Shown piece by piece: positions 9,105-18,588 of a DNA stretch of 41,268 nt; the first letter of the stretch is position 1, and the number at the start of each line of letters is the position of its first letter. Source of the stretch: Deltaproteobacteria bacterium (GTDB lineage: Bacteria; Myxococcota; JACRCW01). The notes beneath the pieces were generated by a model. The model made no database searches. It was not told where the DNA came from and saw only the letters and a list, made by a program, of their open reading frames with translations. The translations under genes were made by a program, and so were the position numbers. The stretch lies in NCBI GenBank assembly GCA_016218805.1, contig JACRCW010000169.1, positions 62,001 through 103,268 of the forward strand, written 5' to 3'.

Positions 9105-10412
9105 CTACGGCTGCGGGATGCCGTTGGCGGCGGCGTTACGCAGCGCCTGCAACAGCGCCGCATCCACGGCGGCCAGGGACGGGACATGCAGCGCGTCCAG
9201 CGTCTGGCTGAACGTGGCGCCGCAGGCGTCCACGGTGCCTTCGGTGAGGATGGTGGTCGGCCCCGCGTCGGCGCCGGTGTCCGCCTGCAGGTCGTAGTAG
9301 GTGCGGTTCACGGTGGCGTCCCAGCACTCCACGCCGTTGAGCACGCTGGTGCCCAGGTCGCCGCCGGTCACCGTGGCCTCGCCGCGGCCCAGCCCCGCGT
9401 TGAAGAACGCCAGCCGGATGTCCAGCGTCTCATCCACCACGCCGCCGTCCGTCTTCATGATGTCCCCGGTGGCAGCAATGTCCACAAAGTCCACGGTGTG
9501 GCTCGCTACGGTGTCCTGCACGTGACCGTACAGGTGATCCAGCGTGACCGGCGCGGCCGTGGGGTTGTCTTCCGGCACAAACGCGTGGAGGTTGGCCAGC
9601 ACAATGGTGTTGACGTTGGTGGGGGTCTGCTGGTCCGGGCCGCGGATGTACAGGGCCACAAAGCGACCGCGCGTCACCGTCCCATGCGCCGGCGCGTTGA
9701 CGTCCAGCCACGCCTTGTTGGCCTCAAAGTCCCACAGCGTCACGCCGGACCCGTAGTCTTCGTTGGTGGCGTCCGGGTTGGCGCCGCCCCAGATGACCAT
9801 GCGGAAGGTGGCCTGGTCGGTGCCCATGCCGCGCAGCAACGCGTACTCGTAGCGGAACGGTTTGTCGCCCTGCGGCACGTTCTCACGGACGTAGACTTCC
9901 ACGGAGTCACCCGCCAGCGGGCTGTCGTTGTCGGGCAGCGGGCCCCAGAGGAACTCGTGCGTCTCAGAGTTGTAGACGGTGGGCTCCAGGTTGTCCGCAA
10001 GGTTGCGGAGCGCGTTCACCAGTGCGGTGATCTGTCCGTTGATCCCCAGCACAATGGGACGCGCCATGGCGGGGTACTCCGCGTCCGCGCCCAGGGTGGG
10101 CAGCGTGCCCGGGCTGGGGGACGGGGGACGGGGGCGCGGGTTGGGGGGTGCCAGCGTGCCCAGGGCGGGCAGCGCACGGCGGGCGGCCGTCAGCTGGGCC
10201 GGGGTGTAATTGGTTCCGCCGGAAGAGGACATCCCGGAGGAGCCGCCCGTTGACGAAGACGAGGACCCCCCGGTGGACGACGAGGACGAGGACGTCCCGC
10301 CGCTGGACGACGAAGACGAACCACCGCCGCCATCGCCATCGTTGCACGCCACCGCACACGCACTGCCAACCACCACCAGGGCCGCCGCGCGGCCAAGCCA
10401 GCTCTTTTGCAT
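9105..10412 (-). CDS. Putative lipoprotein with Ser/Gly-rich linker
   Basis: GGAGG RBS, signal peptide ending AVAC, GGSSSSSS repeats, then a globular domain with strong codon bias. Confidence 0.75.
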   Translation of the reverse strand: MQKSWLGRAAALVVVGSACAVACNDGDGGGGSSSSSSGGTSSSSSSTGGSSSSSTGGSSGMSSSGGTNYTPAQLTAARRALPALGTLAPPNPRPRPPSPSPGTLPTLGADAEYPAMARPIVLGINGQITALVNALRNLADNLEPTVYNSETHEFLWGPLPDNDSPLAGDSVEVYVRENVPQGDKPFRYEYALLRGMGTDQATFRMVIWGGANPDATNEDYGSGVTLWDFEANKAWLDVNAPAHGTVTRGRFVALYIRGPDQQTPTNVNTIVLANLHAFVPEDNPTAAPVTLDHLYGHVQDTVASHTVDFVDIAATGDIMKTDGGVVDETLDIRLAFFNAGLGRGEATVTGGDLGTSVLNGVECWDATVNRTYYDLQADTGADAGPTTILTEGTVDACGATFSQTLDALHVPSLAAVDAALLQALRNAAANGIPQP

Positions 10413-10610
10413 GACATGCCTCCCGGGCCCCCGGTCCGTGGGGGCTACCGGGTACATAGACCCGGCCCGGCCCGCGGACCGAAAGCTCCGCCGCGGACCC
10501 GCCGGTTGTGCGCAGCGTCACCGTGAGCCTATGGTCCGCGCGCTTTTTCGCATCCCATGCAGGTAACCTCCCGGGCCCTTGGCGGGGCCAGCGGGGCAGG
10601 AGAGCCGCCC

Positions 10611-11576
10611 ATGGCGTCCAAGTCGTCCGCCACCACCAAGAGCACCAAGCCCGCTGCCGGCAAGACCGGTGGCGCACCCGCAGCCGCACGCAGCACCACC
10701 AAGAAGCCGTGGGATGACGGTGAACCCGCCCCGCGCCCGCGCAATGGCGAAGCGGACGTGGTCCTGGAACGCCTGCGGGAGATCGACCCGTCGTTCACCA
10801 CGCCCCCGGAGAACCGGTACGCCTCCCATATCGTGCGCGGCCGGACCGCCACGCCGGAACTGCTGCCGCACCTCAAGGACGCGGACGCCGGTGCGCGCGC
10901 GGACGCGGCGGAGGCGCTGGGGATCATCGGGGACACCGCCGCCCTGCGGCCGCTGCGCGAGCTGCTGTCCGACGCCGACGCAGACGTGCGGATGAACGCC
11001 GCGCTCGCGCTCATCAAGATCGGGGATGACGCGCTGTTCCCGGAGATCGTCAAGAGCCTGCGCGCGGGGGATCCCAACGTCGTGGTCGGCGCGGCGCTGG
11101 CGCTGGGCCGGCTGGCGGACCGCCGCGTGGTGCCCAACCTGGTGGAGGCGTTCAAGACGCAGAACGAACGCGTGGGCGCCGCGGTGGCGTGGGCGCTGGG
11201 ACAGTGCGGTGACCCGGCGTGCCTGCCCTGGCTGGTGACGGCGGTGGACCAGCGGTTTGCCGCGGCGGCGGTGTGTGAGGCGTTGGGCCGGCTGGGTGAC
11301 CCGCGCGCCATGGCCGCGCTCATCAAGGCGCTGGATGACGAGCTGGAGGACACCCGGGCCTACGCCGCACGCGCGCTGGGGATGCTGAAGCACAAGGCGG
11401 CCTCCGGTGGCCTGGCCGCGCGGGCCGGCGCCCTGGCGGAGAACAAGGCGGTTCCCGCGCTCAAGAAGATCCTCAAGGACCCGTCCAAGAAGGTCCGCCT
11501 GTGCGCCTCCATTGCGCTGTACGAGCTGGGTGACAAGGCGGGCGGCCGGCAGCTGGTGCGCGAACTGGCGGAATGA
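10611..11576 (+). CDS. HEAT/PBS-lyase repeat protein
   Basis: Repeated L.D....VR..AA.ALG..GD units; AGGAG RBS. Confidence 0.85.
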   Translation: MASKSSATTKSTKPAAGKTGGAPAAARSTTKKPWDDGEPAPRPRNGEADVVLERLREIDPSFTTPPENRYASHIVRGRTATPELLPHLKDADAGARADAAEALGIIGDTAALRPLRELLSDADADVRMNAALALIKIGDDALFPEIVKSLRAGDPNVVVGAALALGRLADRRVVPNLVEAFKTQNERVGAAVAWALGQCGDPACLPWLVTAVDQRFAAAAVCEALGRLGDPRAMAALIKALDDELEDTRAYAARALGMLKHKAASGGLAARAGALAENKAVPALKKILKDPSKKVRLCASIALYELGDKAGGRQLVRELAE

Positions 11577-12835
11577 CGTTGTCCCGCGCGCTGTGGGCCG
11601 GCCACGCGGTGGACGCGTGCCTGTACGCCTACGCGCTGGGTGCCGCACTCAACCTGGCCACGGCGCAGGGCTCGCTGCTGCTGTTGCTGGGCGCGTTGGT
11701 GCTGTTGTTGCTTTCCAACGACGCCAGCGCCCGCACCGCGTGGAGTACGCGCCGCGCGGAGCTTGGCCCGGCGCTGTTCTTCCTGGGTGCGTGCGCGCTC
11801 TCCATTGCCGCCACCACGGCCCCGTTTCCCGGCTGGTTTGACGCCACGCGTTTCCGCCCGCTGTTGGGCATCCCGCTGGCGGGGTTGGCGTTCATGGCGC
11901 GGGATAGGAAGGTGGCGCTGCGGTGCGCGGCGCTGTTTGCCGGCGGCTGCGCGCTGCACGCGCTCATTGGCCTCTACCAGGCGCGCACGGGCGCCACGCC
12001 GCTGGCGGACCTGCTGCAGATCCCGCCGGACAAGCGCACCTGGCCTGCACCGGACAGCCCCGGCCTCTTGTCGGCGGCGGGGCTGTTCTACAACCGCGTG
12101 CGCCTGTCGCACGTGCTTGCCTCTGCCTGCGGGGTGGCCGCGGGAATGGCGCTGTTTCACGGCCGGCGCCGTGCGGGCTGGCTGCTGGCTGCCGCGGTGT
12201 CGTTTGCCGGGCTGCTGGCCACGTACGGCCGCGCCGCGCTGGCCGCGCTGCTGGTGTCCCTGCTGCTCGCGGCGGCGTGGCGTGCGCGCGCGCTCCCTGC
12301 CGCCGGAAAGCGCGCGTTGTGGCGCACGGTCGGCGCGGGCGCGGTGGGCGTGATTCTCGTTGTGGCCGCGGTGCCCAGCGTGCGGGACCGCATGGCCTCC
12401 GCCGTGGACGTGTCCCGCAACGCGGACCGCCTGTTCCTGTGGGCGCGCGGCGTGGAAATGGCGCTGGATCACGCACCGTTTGGCACGGGCTTTGGCGGCT
12501 ACGCCGTGGTGCGGGACGCGTATTACGACCGCGTGGATCCCACGCTGCAGTCGCGCGCCATGAGCCACAACCAGCTGCTCACGCTGCTGGCTGAGACGGG
12601 CGTGGCGGGCCTGGTGGGCTGGCTGTGGATGTGGCTTGCCCTGTTCCTGGGCGCGCTGCGCCGCGGTGAGCCGGTGGCCCTGGCCGGCGCCCTGGGGGCG
12701 CTGACGTTCCACGCCGCCACCCTGGCGCATGACCCGCTCTACCAGTCTGAATGCGCCCTGGCCTGGGGCTTCTGCGCCGCCTTGATGCTGGCCGGCGGCG
12801 GAAAACGTGATGACGCGGTGCCCGGCACGCTATAG
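11573..12835 (+). CDS. O-antigen ligase (Wzy_C) family membrane protein
   Basis: Multi-TM protein; R..LW..G..M, PFGTGFGGY, SHNQLL.LLAETGVAG. Confidence 0.8.
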   Translation: MTLSRALWAGHAVDACLYAYALGAALNLATAQGSLLLLLGALVLLLLSNDASARTAWSTRRAELGPALFFLGACALSIAATTAPFPGWFDATRFRPLLGIPLAGLAFMARDRKVALRCAALFAGGCALHALIGLYQARTGATPLADLLQIPPDKRTWPAPDSPGLLSAAGLFYNRVRLSHVLASACGVAAGMALFHGRRRAGWLLAAAVSFAGLLATYGRAALAALLVSLLLAAAWRARALPAAGKRALWRTVGAGAVGVILVVAAVPSVRDRMASAVDVSRNADRLFLWARGVEMALDHAPFGTGFGGYAVVRDAYYDRVDPTLQSRAMSHNQLLTLLAETGVAGLVGWLWMWLALFLGALRRGEPVALAGALGALTFHAATLAHDPLYQSECALAWGFCAALMLAGGGKRDDAVPGTL

Positions 12836-12846
12836 CGGGCGGTGCC

Positions 12847-13893
12847 ATGAAGAAGTTCGGGATCCTCACCAGCGGCGGAGACTGTCCGGGACTCAACGCG
12901 GTCATCCGCGCAGTGACCATGCGCGCGGCCTACCACGACGCGGAAGTGATGGGCATCCGCGGCGGCTGGCGCGGCATGGTCTACCCGGACACCGTCAAGC
13001 TCACGCGCTCCGGCGTGGACGGCATCCTCAAGGAGGGCGGCACCATCCTGGGCATCAGCCGCTTCAGCCCCTACCACGTGCAGGACGGCGTGGCCCGGCT
13101 CGTCGCCAACGTGCGCGAATTCAACCTCCACGGCCTCATTGCCGTGGGCGGTGAAGGCACCCTCAGCCTGGCCCTGCGCCTGCACACCGAGGTGGGGCTG
13201 CGCGTGGTGGGCGTGCCCAAGACCATTGACAACGACGTGAACGCCACGGAGGAGACGTTCGGGTTTGACACGGCCGTTGCCATTGCCACGGAGGCCATTG
13301 ACCGGCTGCGGACCACCGCTGAGGCGCACCAGCGCGTGATTGTGGTGGAGGTCATGGGGCGTGACGCCGGGTGGATTGCCGCGGCGGCGGGCCTGGCCGG
13401 CGGTGCGGAACTGATCCTGGTCCCGGAGCGCCCGGCCCTCCTCAAGGACGTGCTGGAAATGGTGAAGCGCTGGCAGCGCATGGGCCGCACCAGCTCACTC
13501 ATCGTCGTTGCGGAGGGCGCGCTCATCAAACAGCACGCGCAGGGCAGCGCGGAGCTGGTGCTCAGCAACAAGACCACGGACCACATGGGCCGGCCGCGCC
13601 TGGGCGGCGTGGGCGCGTTCCTGGCCCAGGAGATAGAAGCGCAGACCGGCGTGGAGACCCGCGTCACCGTACTGGGGCACACGCAGCGCGGTGGCACCCC
13701 CACCGCGCGGGACCGGATCCTGGCCACGCGCATGGGCGCGTTTGCCGCGGACCTGTGCGGCGGCTCCCGCTGGGGCACCATGGCCGCCCTCAAGTGCGGC
13801 CAGATGGTGGAGGTCACGCTCCAGGACGCCGTGGGCAAGAAGAAGCTGCTGTCCGAGGACCTCTACGAGGTGGCCTCGACGTTCTTTGACTGA
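12847..13893 (+). CDS. pfkA: 6-phosphofructokinase (probably ATP-dependent)
   Basis: TSGGDCPGLN, GGEGT, PKTIDND, EVMGR, LGHTQRGG. Confidence 0.93.
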   Translation: MKKFGILTSGGDCPGLNAVIRAVTMRAAYHDAEVMGIRGGWRGMVYPDTVKLTRSGVDGILKEGGTILGISRFSPYHVQDGVARLVANVREFNLHGLIAVGGEGTLSLALRLHTEVGLRVVGVPKTIDNDVNATEETFGFDTAVAIATEAIDRLRTTAEAHQRVIVVEVMGRDAGWIAAAAGLAGGAELILVPERPALLKDVLEMVKRWQRMGRTSSLIVVAEGALIKQHAQGSAELVLSNKTTDHMGRPRLGGVGAFLAQEIEAQTGVETRVTVLGHTQRGGTPTARDRILATRMGAFAADLCGGSRWGTMAALKCGQMVEVTLQDAVGKKKLLSEDLYEVASTFFD

Positions 13894-13988
13894 CCCACCG
13901 GATCACGCAACAGTGGAACACCCGCGCCGATAAGATGTAGGCAAGGGTAGCATGTGGACTCCCCGGGGGCGGGGGCGAGAGGTGCGTG

Positions 13989-14426
13989 ATGGTGGCCATC
14001 CAGAAGGGCAGCGCCGGTCTCCAGGACATCCGCATGGACATCCGCCAGATGGCCGCCAAGATGGTGCGGCATGACGGCGTCATTGACCGCGGTGACGTCA
14101 AGGACATGCTGCGCCGGGCCACGCCGGACGGCCACCTGAGCAAGAAGAACGCGGATGACCTGGCGTTTGTCTGTCACAAGTACAAGGACCACTTCACCGC
14201 GGACGCGCTGGGCGCGCTGTCCATGGTGCTGGGCGCGTTTGCGGATGACCAGATCAAGCAGGCCAAGGAGCATGAGCGCGAAAAGAAGATTGAGCGCCAC
14301 CTGCTGGAGATTGAGGACCGCATCCAACTGCTCATGAAGGACCGCAAGCTGCGCGAGATGGACGTGGACAAGAAGTCCCGCGTCATCGTGACAGAGCTGT
14401 TCGGGCGCCGGAAGACCCGGACCTGA
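13989..14426 (+). CDS. Hypothetical helical/coiled-coil protein
   Basis: GAGAGG RBS, strong codon bias, charged C-terminal helix. Alternative GTG start at 13986. Confidence 0.75.
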   Translation: MVAIQKGSAGLQDIRMDIRQMAAKMVRHDGVIDRGDVKDMLRRATPDGHLSKKNADDLAFVCHKYKDHFTADALGALSMVLGAFADDQIKQAKEHEREKKIERHLLEIEDRIQLLMKDRKLREMDVDKKSRVIVTELFGRRKTRT

Positions 14427-14453
14427 TTCCCCGCTGACATCGCGAGGTTCCCG

Positions 14454-14483
14454 CGCCGCCCCTCCCCGGGCGGCGTTTGCGTT
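14454..14483 (+). terminator. Putative intrinsic terminator
   Basis: CGCCGCCC-ctcccc-GGGCGGCG stem followed by TTTGCGTT, about 27 nt after the stop at 14426. Confidence 0.5.
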
Positions 14484-14655
14484 CCTGCGCCTTGCGCCCT
14501 GCCCCGCCAACCCCGGCCTGGTCCGTGGCCATGGCGTGACGACGACGTTGCGCGCCGGGGTGCCCTTGCCCTCGCGCCCGACACGCGGCAATGCTCCCGC
14601 GCCTTTTCAAGGTTGGGCCGCGCGCCGCGGCCACCCGAACGCGTCGAGGACACCC

Positions 14656-17052
14656 ATGAGCCATTCATTCCGCAAGGTCGCCGTGCTGGGAGCAGGCGTG
14701 ATGGGCAGCGGCATTGCCGCGCACCTGGCCAACGCCGGCATCCCCAGCCTCCTGCTGGACATCGTGCCTCCGGGCGGCCTCACTGAAGACGACAAGAAGA
14801 AGGGCGTGAAGGCCACGGACCGCTCCTTCCGCAACCGCTTCAGCCAGGGCGGCCTGGAGAAGGCCATCAAGAGTTCGCCGGCGCAGTTCTTCATCAACAC
14901 GGACGCGCGGCTGGTGGAGGTGGGCAACCTTGAGGATGACCTTGCCAAGATTGCCGACTGTGACTGGGTGTGCGAGGTGGTCAAGGAGGACCTGGGCGTC
15001 AAGCGGGACCTGTTCCAGCGCGTGGTGAAACACCTGCACAAGGACGCCATCCTCTCCTCCAACACCTCCGGTCTGAAGATCCAGTCCATGATGGAGGGCT
15101 TTTCCGCCGACGTGCGGCGCCGCTTCCTGGTCACGCACTTCTTCAACCCGGTGCGCTACATGAACCTGCTGGAGGTCATCCCGGGCGCGGAGACCAGCGC
15201 GGATGTCGTGGGGCGGTTCAAGGAGTTTGGCAGCCTGGTGCTGGGCAAGGGCGTGGTGATGGGCAAGGACACGCCCAACTTCATTGGCAACCGCATTGGC
15301 GTGTACGGCATCATGGAGACCATCCGCGTGATGATGGAGGATGGCTACAACATTGATGAGGTGGACGCGGTGTTCGGCACCGCCATGGGCCGCGCCAAGA
15401 GCGCGGTGTTCCGCACGGCGGACGTGGTGGGGCTGGACACGTTCGTGCACGTTTCACAGAACTGCTACGACAACCTCCCCGACGACGAGATGCGCGACGT
15501 CTTCAAGGTCCCGGACTTCATCAAGGAGATGGTCAAGCGCAACATGCTGGGCAACAAGAGCGGCCAGGGCTTCTACAAGAAGGTGGGCAGCGAGATCCTG
15601 ACGCTCAACCTCAAGACGTTTGAATACGAGCCCAAGAAGAAGGTCCGCTCCGACGCGCTGGGCGCCGTCAAGGACATGGATGACCCGGGCGAGAAGTGCC
15701 GCACGCTGTGCTTTGCCGACGACCGGCTGGGTGCGCTGGCGTGGAAGGTCACCTCCCGCACGCTGGCCTACGCCGCGCGCCGCATTGGCGAGATTGCCGA
15801 CGACATTGTCAACATTGACCGCGCGATGCGCTGGGGCTTTGGCTGGGAGCAGGGGCCGTTTGAGAGCTGGGACAGCCTGGGCGTGGGTGATGCGTGCACG
15901 CGCATGGACCGCGACGGGACGCCGGTGGATGCGCGCGTGCGGGACATGCTCAAGGGCGGCCGGCAGCGTTTCTATGAGAGCCACGGCGGCGTGAAGACGT
16001 ACTTTGACTTTGCGCGCAACGCGCCGGTCAACGTGGACGAGGGCTTCCGCGTGATGCGCGTGCCCGCGCTCAAGGAAGCCGGACATACGCTCAAGGAGAA
16101 CATGGGCGCGTCCATCCTGGACCTGGGTGACGGCATCCTGGGCCTGGAGTTCCACACCAAGATGAACGCCATTGATGCGGACATTGTGGAGATGTTGAAC
16201 CAGGCGGTGGAGATGGCCGAGTCCGACTACCTGGGCCTGGTCATTGCCAACGATGGACCGCTGTTCAGCGCCGGCGCCAACCTGATGCTCATCTACATGG
16301 AGGCGCAGAACCAGGCGTGGGACAACATCCGCAAGGCGGTGACGGAGCTGCAGGCGTCCTACCAGCGCATGCGGTACTGCAAGGTTCCCGTCGTGGCGGC
16401 GCCCTTCCAGCTGACCCTGGGCGGCGGCTGCGAGATGTGCCTGTGGGCCCCCAGCGTGCGCGCGCACGCGGAGCTGTACATGGGCCTGGTGGAGGTGGGC
16501 GTGGGCCTGCTGCCCGCCGGCGGCGGCACCACGGAGATGACCATCCGCGCGGTGGAGAACGCGCCGGATGATCCCGGCTACCCGCTGGAGGGTCTCATCC
16601 GCAAGAACCTGGAGACCATTGCCATGGCCAAAGTGTCCATGAGCGCGGAGGAGGCGCGGCGGCTGGGGTTCCTGCGCCCGTCTGACGGCATCACCCTCAA
16701 CCGGGATCACCTGCTGTACGCCGCCAAGCAGCAGGCACTGGGCATGGCGCGCGCCGGCTACCGCGCCCCGCGTCCCCGCGCGGTGCGGCTGCCCGGTCCC
16801 TCCGCCCGGGCCACCTTCTCCATGGCCCTGCGCGCCATGCGTGACGGCCACATGATGAGCGACCACGACCTGCTCATCAGCGAGAAGATTGCCCACGTGA
16901 TGACGGGCGGTGACACCAGCCCGCGCGTGCTCACCAGCGAGAACCGCCTGCTGGAGCTGGAATGCGAGGCGTTCCTGTCCCTGTGTGGCGAGGTCAAGAC
17001 GCAGGAACGCATCCAGTACATGCTGATGAACAACAAGCCGCTGCGTAACTGA
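14656..17052 (+). CDS. fadN: 3-hydroxyacyl-CoA dehydrogenase/enoyl-CoA hydratase (FadN-like)
   Basis: GAGVMGSG, SSNTSG, HFFNP, DTPNFIGNRIG; C-terminal crotonase FSAGANL, GGGCE, GLVEVGVGLLPAGGG; ends KPLRN. Confidence 0.9.
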   Translation: MSHSFRKVAVLGAGVMGSGIAAHLANAGIPSLLLDIVPPGGLTEDDKKKGVKATDRSFRNRFSQGGLEKAIKSSPAQFFINTDARLVEVGNLEDDLAKIADCDWVCEVVKEDLGVKRDLFQRVVKHLHKDAILSSNTSGLKIQSMMEGFSADVRRRFLVTHFFNPVRYMNLLEVIPGAETSADVVGRFKEFGSLVLGKGVVMGKDTPNFIGNRIGVYGIMETIRVMMEDGYNIDEVDAVFGTAMGRAKSAVFRTADVVGLDTFVHVSQNCYDNLPDDEMRDVFKVPDFIKEMVKRNMLGNKSGQGFYKKVGSEILTLNLKTFEYEPKKKVRSDALGAVKDMDDPGEKCRTLCFADDRLGALAWKVTSRTLAYAARRIGEIADDIVNIDRAMRWGFGWEQGPFESWDSLGVGDACTRMDRDGTPVDARVRDMLKGGRQRFYESHGGVKTYFDFARNAPVNVDEGFRVMRVPALKEAGHTLKENMGASILDLGDGILGLEFHTKMNAIDADIVEMLNQAVEMAESDYLGLVIANDGPLFSAGANLMLIYMEAQNQAWDNIRKAVTELQASYQRMRYCKVPVVAAPFQLTLGGGCEMCLWAPSVRAHAELYMGLVEVGVGLLPAGGGTTEMTIRAVENAPDDPGYPLEGLIRKNLETIAMAKVSMSAEEARRLGFLRPSDGITLNRDHLLYAAKQQALGMARAGYRAPRPRAVRLPGPSARATFSMALRAMRDGHMMSDHDLLISEKIAHVMTGGDTSPRVLTSENRLLELECEAFLSLCGEVKTQERIQYMLMNNKPLRN

Positions 17053-17077
17053 GCGCGACGAGACGAGGAGCACGAAC

Positions 17078-18418
17078 ATGGCTGCCAAGAAGAAGAAGAA
17101 GAAGCCGGTGAAGAAGAACGCGTCCCGCAAGGTTACGAAGAAGGCGGCGAAGAAGAAGCCCGCCCGCAAACCCGCGGCGGCCAAGAAGCCCGCCCCCGCC
17201 CGGAAGGCCGCGGCCCCCGCGCGCCCGGCGGTGGCCCCGGCCATCATCATCAAGCGGCCCGAGGTGGTGGTGCTCACGGCACTGCGCTCCGGGCTGGGGC
17301 GCGCCACGCGCGGCACGCTCAAGGACACGCGCCCGGACAGCTATGCGGGTGAAGTGGTGAAGGCGGCGGTGAAGGCGTCCGGCGTCGCGGCGAAGGACTT
17401 GGGTGACGTCGTGTTCGGCTGCGCCATGCCGGAGGCGGAGCAGGGCATGAACGTGGCGCGCATTGTCAGCGTGCTGGGTGGCGTGCCCAACGAAGTGCCC
17501 GCGATGACGGTCAACCGGTTCTGCAGCAGCGGCCTGGAGGCGGTGGCCAGCGTGGCGGACCGCATCATGGCGGGGCGTTACCCGGTGGCGCTGGCCGGCG
17601 GTGTGGAGTCCATGAGCCTGGTGCCCATGGGCGGCCACCGCCCGTCCGCGTCTCCGGCGCTGATGGCCAACCGGCCGGACGTGTACACGCCCATGGGCAT
17701 CACGGCGGAACTGGTGGCCAAGCGGTTCAACGTCACGCGGCAGACGCAGGACCAGCTGGCCTTCCGCAGCCACCAGCGCGCCGTGGCCGCGCAGGAGGCC
17801 GGGAAGTTCAAGGCGGAGATTGTCCCGGTGACGGCGCGGATTGTGGACGAGATGGGGCGCGCGCGCACGGAGACGTTTGCCACCGACGAGGGACCGCGCA
17901 AGGACACCACGCTGGAGGCACTGGGGAAGTTGAAGCCGGCGTTTGACAAGGAGGGCACCGTCACGGCGGGGAACTCGTCCCAGGTGACGGACGGCGCGGC
18001 GGCGGTGGTGCTGGCGGACAGCGAGTGGGCGCGCAAGAACGGCCACAAGGCCCGCGCGTTCCTGCGCGGCTACGCGGTGGTGGGCGTGGATCCGGACATC
18101 ATGGGCGTGGGTCCCGTGCCGGCCATCCGCAAGCTGCTCAAGGATGCCGGGCTGAAGATTGACGACGTGGACCTGTTTGAGATCAACGAGGCATTTGCGG
18201 CCCAGGCGGCGTACTGCCAGCGCGAGTTGGGCATCAGCGACGAGCGCATCAATGTGAACGGCGGGGCCATTGCGCTGGGGCACCCGCTGGGGTGCACCGG
18301 GTCACGGCAGTTGGCCACGCTGCTCAGCGAGATGGACCGCCGCAAGGCACGCTACGGCGTCATCTCCATGTGCGTGGGTGGCGGCATGGGCGCTGCCGGG
18401 CTGTTTGAGCGCGCCTGA
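17078..18418 (+). CDS. fadA: Acetyl-CoA C-acyltransferase (thiolase) with N-terminal Lys/Ala/Pro-rich extension
   Basis: NRFCSSG, NEAFA, GHPLGCTG, CVGGGMG; GAGGAG RBS before MAAKKKK. Confidence 0.92.
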   Translation: MAAKKKKKKPVKKNASRKVTKKAAKKKPARKPAAAKKPAPARKAAAPARPAVAPAIIIKRPEVVVLTALRSGLGRATRGTLKDTRPDSYAGEVVKAAVKASGVAAKDLGDVVFGCAMPEAEQGMNVARIVSVLGGVPNEVPAMTVNRFCSSGLEAVASVADRIMAGRYPVALAGGVESMSLVPMGGHRPSASPALMANRPDVYTPMGITAELVAKRFNVTRQTQDQLAFRSHQRAVAAQEAGKFKAEIVPVTARIVDEMGRARTETFATDEGPRKDTTLEALGKLKPAFDKEGTVTAGNSSQVTDGAAAVVLADSEWARKNGHKARAFLRGYAVVGVDPDIMGVGPVPAIRKLLKDAGLKIDDVDLFEINEAFAAQAAYCQRELGISDERINVNGGAIALGHPLGCTGSRQLATLLSEMDRRKARYGVISMCVGGGMGAAGLFERA

Positions 18419-18435
18419 CCCGCGCGGACCCGACA

Positions 18436-18585
18436 ACACTCCCCCCGCGCAGCGGGGGGAGTGTGGCTGCCCGTCAGGGCAGCCCGGTGGGGGGCCGGGC
18501 GGAGCGCGTACCTTCACGCCTCTGCCACCCCCCACCCGGGCGATGCTCCGCATCGCCCGACCTCCCCCCGCGCAGCGGGGGGAGG
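18436..18585. repeat. Inverted pair of REP/RIME-like palindromic units
   Basis: Two copies of CTCCCCCCGCGCAGCGGGGGGAG (within 18436-18464 and 18561-18585), each next to a second hairpin and a GGTGGGGGG/CCCCCCACC end, in opposite orientation between convergent genes. Confidence 0.8.
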
Positions 18586-18588
18586 CAA

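Noticed and set aside
15454..17328. Long antisense/alternate-frame ORFs (also 25303..27024, 27633..29483, 32772..34472, 21735..23102)
   Set aside because: Shadow ORFs expected in high-GC DNA opposite well-supported genes; no motifs.
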